The notes below the pieces were generated by a model. It searched no databases, was not told where the DNA came from, and saw nothing but the letters and a program-made list of their open reading frames with translations. Of a stretch of DNA of 64,000 nt, positions 54,929 through 64,000 are shown piece after piece; within the stretch, counting starts at the first letter, position 1; every line of letters starts with the position of its first letter. The stretch comes from the human T2T-CHM13v2.0 reference genome, Homo sapiens: the NCBI RefSeq assembly GCF_009914755.1, contig NC_060932.1, one strand, 5' to 3'. The position numbers were made by a program, and so were the translations under genes.

Positions 54929-55856
54929 GGCCAAATATTTCAGGGTGGTGGAGCCAAAACTGAAAATTTAGGTTTAGCAAGTAATGAGATGATGCATTTG
55001 GAACAGAAAAATCAGTGTAAGGTTTCAAAACAATCAAATCTAGAAGAGGAGGATGATGCAAAAACTGAATACTGCAGTAGGTAACGAAGCATAATCATAT
55101 ATACCATGTTAAGTGAAAACTGTGACCATTTTACCAATATGTAAAGAAATTACGCAAAATGGATTCTCTTGTCTAATTTTGTACATGAGACTTTGAATTT
55201 AGTAATCAATTCACTCAACATACATGCCAATCTATTACGAACGTATTTAAAAACACTAGTTTTTTCTAACACTTTTGGTAGCTGTCAAGTCTATGATATT
55301 TAACCTTTATTTAAACGGACAAATTTTACTCCATAGAGATGCAGAATGGTCTCATTTGTTCTTATTAGTTTTACCAAAAAATTTCAACAGTGTTTTCCTA
55401 GAATCACTTAGGGCCATTACTCCAGTGAAATCTTTCAAATATCCCATAAAAATCAATGAAAGCGTAATTATGTAAATAAAAGATGCTTAAAAACTCTCAG
55501 AGGGTCATACATATAACTCAGATATTAAACATTATCAGGATGTGCAACCAAGCCCCCATTTCTCACCTTGGTAGGCACAAAAATCCTTCGGAGGCATCCT
55601 GTAAGAGGCTTGCGAGACTCTTACCAAGCCACCCCGGCTTTAAACGCCTCTCCAGCCACCTGTGAACCGCGAAGGAGCCGGCTTTCGCGGCGGGGACCTT
55701 GCCACCAGTACCCTCGCGGGCCGAGGTCGTTCTCCCGGTCGGCTTCCCGCCTCACCCGAAAAGGAATTAGAGCATCTACCCAAGACGGTGACTGGCAGGG
55801 CAGATCAAGGTGTCCTGGTCTCGGCCCCAGCCCCGCGGTGCGCCCCGCCCGCTTAC

Positions 55857-56246
55857 CTTGACCGGGTGCAGGTAGCCATCGCCGCGCAGGGCGCCCAACC
55901 CGGCGTCCGCCGGCGCCTCGGCGTCGTCCTGCAGGCTGCGGGTGAGATGCGCGATGTAGGTGGTGGCCAGCAGCAGCACGTCCAGCTTGGACAGCTTGGT
56001 GTCGGGCGGCACGGACGGCAGCGTGCGCTGCAGCTCCAGGAAAGCGTGCCGCAGGGTCTGCACCCGGCTGCGCTCCCGCGCCGCATTCGCCGCCGCCGGC
56101 CGCCCGCTCCCGGAACGCGAGCCGCCCCCAGGGCCCGCCGGCCCCGGCCCGGTCCGCCCGGGACGCGAGTCGCGGATGGCGGCGGCCAGGGGCGCGGGCT
56201 CGGCGCTGGCGCTGAGGGGGCTGCCCGCTGGGCGGCCGCGGTCCAT
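55857..56246 (-). CDS. TCF24: TCF24 first coding exon (codons 1-130, contains the bHLH)
   Basis: gctgccATGG Kozak context at 56246; [10 protein letters not shown]...[49 protein letters not shown]...GYLHPVK (TCF21/23/24-type bHLH). Acceptor tttgcag| at 56270/56269, donor aag|gtaagc at 55857/55856, phase 0. Confidence 0.95.
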
Positions 56247-56356
56247 GGCAGCTTCCCGCGCCGCGCGCGCTGCAAAGGACCGAAGGTGCGGTGAGGCCGG
56301 GGGGCGGTCGGGCTTAACCCGAGAGGCGCAGCCCCCTGGTTCTCCCCGTGCGCCCA

Positions 56357-56468
56357 CCAGCAGCCCAACGGGGCTAAGGGCGCTCTCAAGCGAGCTCGTT
56401 TTGCCTGGGACGCGATTTGCTTCCGGACGTCTGGGGAGAGTTGCGGAACTCCGGAGTTCTTGGGCTTC
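56357..56468 (-). other. TCF24: Probable non-coding exon 2 of TCF24
   Basis: Strong acceptor ctcttcttatccttctag| at 56469/56468 and donor ctg|gtgggc at 56357/56356, leaving an 87-nt intron. Inferred from motifs only. Confidence 0.5.
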
Positions 56469-56809
56469 CTAGAAGGATAAGAAGAGGCGCAGTGCCGGCT
56501 TTGCTTTTCAGGGGCAAATTAAGCAAAAGGTCTACTCTACCCGGGAAGAAAGATCTCGGAAGCACAGCTCAGGATCAGCACTCGTTCGCGCTTGGGTGAC
56601 TTTATCCAACCCGGCACGCACGAGAGGTGGCGCGGCTCCTTCTCGCCGACGCCGCGGAAAACCACGGCTCACCAGCCGCCCTCGGCCTTTCACGCCAGGG
56701 GGGATTTCTGCCCGAGGAGCGGGGGACCCTTAGCCTCACCTCGGGGTACGGCACCCGCCACCGTTCCGAGCCCGAGAGCTGCGCAGTACGCGTCTGACGG
56801 GCCCCTCAC

Positions 56810-57070
56810 CTTTCCTGGAGCGGCTGAGTGGAGCTCCGCTCCGTCGTGAGGGCGGGCGAGGGGCGTGGAGCAGGGCCTGTGTGGCCAGGGCCGCGCTGGT
56901 CACTCCATCCTCGTCCGGCCGATGCCCAAGTCGACGGCTGTTTCCAACCTCCGCTGGCTGTGACTTTTATGCGGGCGCCCCGCGGCCAGGCGTGTGTGCT
57001 CCGACCGGCTAAGGCAGGTCGGGCGGAGGACCTGGCCCACCGGAGAGGCTACGCCGGGGGCTGAGGCGGC
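56810..57070 (-). other. TCF24: Probable non-coding first exon of TCF24 (start approximate)
   Basis: Strong donor aag|gtgagg at 56810/56809; GC-box cluster at 57098-57140 just upstream. Alternative donors near 56740 and 56673. Confidence 0.45.
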
Positions 57071-58703
57071 TTAGAGGGTCATTAATCAAACCCTCCGGCG
57101 GGGCGGGCTCGGGGGCGGGGCGTCCTCCTGGCCCCGCCCCTCGGCTCACTGCCTCACGCTGCTTTCCCCGAGGCGCCTCGCTGAGGGCGGCGTGTGGAGA
57201 GTTTGGGGTGTCTGCCGCCGGCTGCGGTGGGGCCGGGCTGGAGGCCGCGGGTGAGGCCTGTGGTTAACCTCGCGCTGCCGAGGTCTTACCTCCTCGAGTC
57301 CAGTCTGATTCCAGGCCGCTTCCAGGCCGGTGCCCAGCTGAGGCGGGAACGCTGCAGTTTGGTTGAGCGTGACTTTTAGGCTCTGTGAGGAAAAGTCGAG
57401 CGCGCCACATCGAGGCGCTAGCCGTTTATTCTACCACAAGGTAAAAGATTCATGCTGTCCTAGTTACCCTAAAGCTGGGAGATACACTGCACTTCCTACC
57501 AGACCCCGAATGCTCTCAGTGTCTGTAATTCTTTAAGAAGTTCCTAGAGCAGACAGCCCTTGGATCGTGGGCACTTCTCCCCGGGGACGGGGACCCTGCT
57601 GACCGCCTCCGCTGCCCCCGCGGGGGCCACCGCTCTTTAATTATTTGGGCGAAACATTCTTTTCTGGTTTTGCACTTGTGGACTCACGGGAAGCGTGACT
57701 TGCAGCGAGGCAGGACCCGATCCCAGGCTTCTTTAGAAAGCGGACGCTGCGCCCCAAGGCCTGTTCAGAGCCGCCCCAGGAAGCCGTGGGTCCCCGACCG
57801 CCCCAAACCGCAGCGGTTTCTGCAGGTCCTGGACCCGTCGCCTTCGTAGGTGAAATCTAAGTACTTTTCAGCAACATAATTAGAACACACTCGAAACAAT
57901 GCCTGCAGTTCTCCGAGTAGGACATTTTCTGTTTTTGTGTTTGAGACAGGGTCTCTGTCGCCCAGGCTGGAGTGCAGTGGTGCCATCTCGGCTCACCTCA
58001 GCCTCCAACTCTCGGGCTCAAGCCAAGAGCAGGATATTTTCTTATATTCTTTGGGGTCAAACGGAATATCAAATTTAAAATGTCACTACAGAAATGGCGC
58101 TCTTGTATATGCACCATCACTTCATACTTTCCAGTAGATTTCTATGTTGGAACTACTGTAACCAAGCCGTCAGCAGTCCTGGTGGCACTATTTGGATGTA
58201 CTGGCCCACAAATTAAGTACATTAGTGAGTCAGAATGGTACTTAGACTTTCATCTCAATTCCCACCCAATAACTGTAATTAGATTTACACTTTAGAAAGA
58301 AGTACACCGATATTCTATTGATTCAAAAAGGGGCCCAGTGCAGTGGCTTATATGTGTAGTCCCAGCTACCCCGAAGGCTGAGACGGGAAGATCTCGTGAG
58401 CCCAGGAGGTTAAGGCTGCAGTGAGCTGTGATCGCAACGTCCAAGGGACTTCTATTGCTGAATGAAAAAGTACATATTTTCCCAGTAAATTGTATGTAAT
58501 GAGGAATAAAGCAACTAGATCCCTGAATTCACAGGTGGAAAGCAATGTTTCAGATTCTATAAAGCAGCAAATCAAACAATAACTTAAAAGTTTTTCCTTA
58601 TATTATGAGATACCATAAAGCTACAAACCCACAAAAGATATTGTTGCCTAGTCATATAAGGTTAAAAACAAAATCAAACGTTTCCTGTCACTTGAGGCTG
58701 AAT

Positions 58704-58815
58704 TTACTCATTTTCCACAAACAAATTTTCTTTTTCTTCTGGGTTATGGAAGAGGTGAGGTTCATGCACATCATTTTTTGTCAGCAAGCTTTCAGATTGC
58801 TTCAAAGAGAGATTC
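58704..58815 (-). CDS. PPP1R42: Probable terminal exon of protein phosphatase 1 regulatory subunit 42 (LRRC67/TLRR); reading frame uncertain
   Basis: Strong acceptor ctttttttccctctctataaatacag| at 58816/58815. The longest frame (phase 2) reads NLSLKQSESLLTKNDVHEPHLFHNPEEKENLFVENE*; the other frames stop within 5-8 codons. The gene name rests on recalled synteny, and the upstream exon is not in the window. Confidence 0.6.
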
Positions 58816-59254
58816 CTGTATTTATAGAGAGGGAAAAAAAAGCATTAAATTAAAAAAATGAAAGTATCCCTAAAAGGTAGCAAACATACAGAATCTAGGA
58901 CACAATAACAATATTAAAGGCTAATGATTAATCACCAAACAGTGTGAATCTTGTCGGGCTTTAAAAAGGAAGCAGAAACAAAGATTTTCCTCTTGGTGTA
59001 GCGAAGAATGTGAAAAATCTATGATTTGTGAGAGGTATGGAAATAATATTAGAGGGAAGGTGGACCAGGTCTAAGATGAGGCAAATTTGAGGTGTCTGGG
59101 GCTTCTTATATTTTGCACCCAGATTGTCCTTATAATGCAAAATAATCATACATATCAATTTATTCCATATTGTTTTTATATATAAATGTTTTATATGTAT
59201 ATAAAACAGTAGATTAATTGGTACTTTTTTCACATTTCAACTATTTCTCTCATT

Positions 59255-61756
<2,502 letters not shown>

Positions 61757-64000
61757 TAAAAACACTGTTGCTTACCACTATTGTGCTTTTTTTGGGAAAG
61801 AGGGGGGACTACCATAATTTCAAAATGGTTCTTTGAGAACTGCAAATCCAAATATTAGCATTATACCTACATTACTGATACACATAAGCTTATTTTGCAT
61901 ATAAAATTAAATAGACCGTTATGTTTAACAAAGCAAAATTTGCAAGTGAGTTTATATAACATCATTCCAGAGTTTTGTGACTAAAAATATCTGAGTTTTA
62001 AAAATTCTTCCCTAAGCACATAGATCTGTTGTTACAACTGTTCAAATATAACCTTAACAGTGGTGAAGGAAAGTTGTTTTAACTGTTATTCGAGTTCACT
62101 TTTTAATTCAAAGAAACCTAATGCTTCCATATTCTAACAAAGGGTACTAGGTATTTTATAAATAGCTAAATAATATACAGTGAATATTTCCTGTGAATTA
62201 TGGGTCCCAGTGATTTGTATTCCTTAAAGGTATCTGAAATTAAGGGCATTTTTACCCAGCTAGAAAGTTACTATTTTTACATTAACAAAAGAGATGGATT
62301 GACTCTATTAACATTGCTTGGGTTTGAAAGATAGTTAAATAATCAAGTAACAATTAGTTTTTCATTGTATGGTGCTACACAGTATTCTCGGTGGATTTTA
62401 TATGCAATATATAAATGCATTTAATGTCTATTTTAAAATTACTAAGGCTCAGGCACCTCCTAGCATGTTTGCAAAGAGAGGAAACATCTGTCAGAAGTAT
62501 TTACTGTGACAAACACAGAAAGAAGCAATAATGTGTACTTTTTTGTTTGTTTAATACCATATTTTAAAAAATTGAACAGTGAAGGCATTTGTTCAGAATC
62601 AGCCTTTAAATAAAAAATAGGTTTGACCTAATCTTTAATTAAAGTATACATTGATAGTATCAAGTTCAGTTTGAGGGTCAAAAACAACGTCAATGAGTCT
62701 GACTTTTTCCTCCCAGTAGAGAAAGCAGGCTTGTATAAACATACATGAGCACAGATTGCACACATTTATAAAAGAGGTGGAAAACATTCCCCTGTCTTTG
62801 GACAGATGTTGCTTCACTGGCTCCACATAGGATACAGGCACAGCCCCCAGTGTGTAGAACCCTAAAGGAGTGTGGGGCACATACCTTTAGCTTTTTGGAA
62901 GATGCACCGTAAGCTTATTTCTACCTCTGAGCAGGCTCCCCACCTTGAATATTAAATATAGAGTGTAGGGACACGTCTGCTGATGCCAGCTCATTCTTTC
63001 CCTTAAAGTAATTAAGGCAAGGGGTAGCTTTAATCAATTTTCTAGAAACTAAAAATCTGTTCTTTGTGTTTAGGCTGAGTATTTTGTTTTTAACACTTTA
63101 CTGACCTTCTAGCTTTATTTTGATTATCTCCTGGATTTATGTTAAATTGCTAAAATTAGCAAAAGGCATGCCCTGAAAATCTGTATCAAGAGTTTGATGA
63201 AACTCTGTAATATATTTGATTACCTTTTATTAAAGAGAGGTAGAACTGATAATCTCATTTAATACGTATTAAATCTTTTGATATACTAAAACAATATTTT
63301 GGCATACCTAAGGTGAAAGTATTGCCTGAGGAAATAATAAGCATTTAAAAATTTATGTAATGCTTTTTCACAGGATAAAATTGAAGACTCAGGATTGAAC
63401 ATAATTGGCTTCACTTGATGGTGGCAGAGGCAGGACATTCTTATGTTCTCACAGAACCCTTTTGGTTTGCTGGCTTCATTTAGGATAGCCTATCTTTGCA
63501 GTACATAGTAGTTTGTATTTTAAAAAATGCATTTAGTTCTGTATTTAGTGTTCGTAGTTAGGAAAATGAGGGTAGAGTGATTTATTTGATGTTTTATCAG
63601 TGTACTCCTAGTGACTTGAGCTTTGCTTGGGGCTACAGAATATGTGGAATGGGCCACAGCTCACTATTGATCTAACAATGCACGTGGCAATGTATAGAAT
63701 TCATCAACATTGTTTTCTGAGGCTGTGTACATTTTTATTGTTTTATTTTCTTCCTTGATGATATACTAGCAAGATTTTTCAAAATGCTTGGCAAAGCAAC
63801 AAAACTTAAGAACACTGTTGTGGAATTGATAACAGTTGTGTAAATCTTTAAGAAATTATTGTGGTGCTATGGACAAGTAGGCAATGGTTTGGTGATAATG
63901 ACAATGGACATAAGCAGTAAATGTCTCACATAGCTCCTGTTTTATTGTGAATGGAGAGGAGGCAAGACCAAAACGAGGACTCCCTGCATATCCTTTCACT

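Larger units (their letters stand above)
55600..57850. promoter_or_regulatory. Large CpG island over the TCF24 promoter and first coding exon
   Basis: About 2.2 kb of very high GC and CpG content; GGGGCGGG repeats at 57100-57120 and GGCCCCGCCCC at 57130-57140. Confidence 0.9.

Noticed and set aside
55662-56472. Long ORFs of 170-210 aa overlapping TCF24 in other frames and strands, and the GTG-extended 193-aa version
   Set aside because: Stops are scarce in CpG-island DNA. The extension starts near a splice donor and its tail runs into the intron.

Overview
Primate, almost certainly human, genomic DNA. I recognise it as the chr8q13.1 interval from recalled gene sequences; no database search was run. 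In order it holds: the last intron, last coding exon and long 3'UTR of MCMDC2 (+); the 4-exon 5'TOP snoRNA host lncRNA SNHG6 (-) with intronic SNORD87; about 20 kb of Alu-dense intergenic DNA; the whole bHLH gene TCF24 (-), whose last intron carries a full-length, same-strand, defective L1PA2-type LINE-1; a large CpG island; and the probable terminal exon of PPP1R42 (-). Most ORFs in the supplied track are Alu, L1, THE1 or Tigger1 artefacts. I found no clear new multi-gene system. The most unusual signals are: two short templated copies of non-repeat DNA about 3.5 kb from their sources, a pure poly(A) insertion with a target-site duplication, a tailless U6 retrocopy, an L1 ORF1 whose frameshift is bypassed by a new ATG, a spliced Arg-rich SNHG6 micro-ORF with an in-frame long variant, and cryptic exons around TCF24 and MCMDC2.
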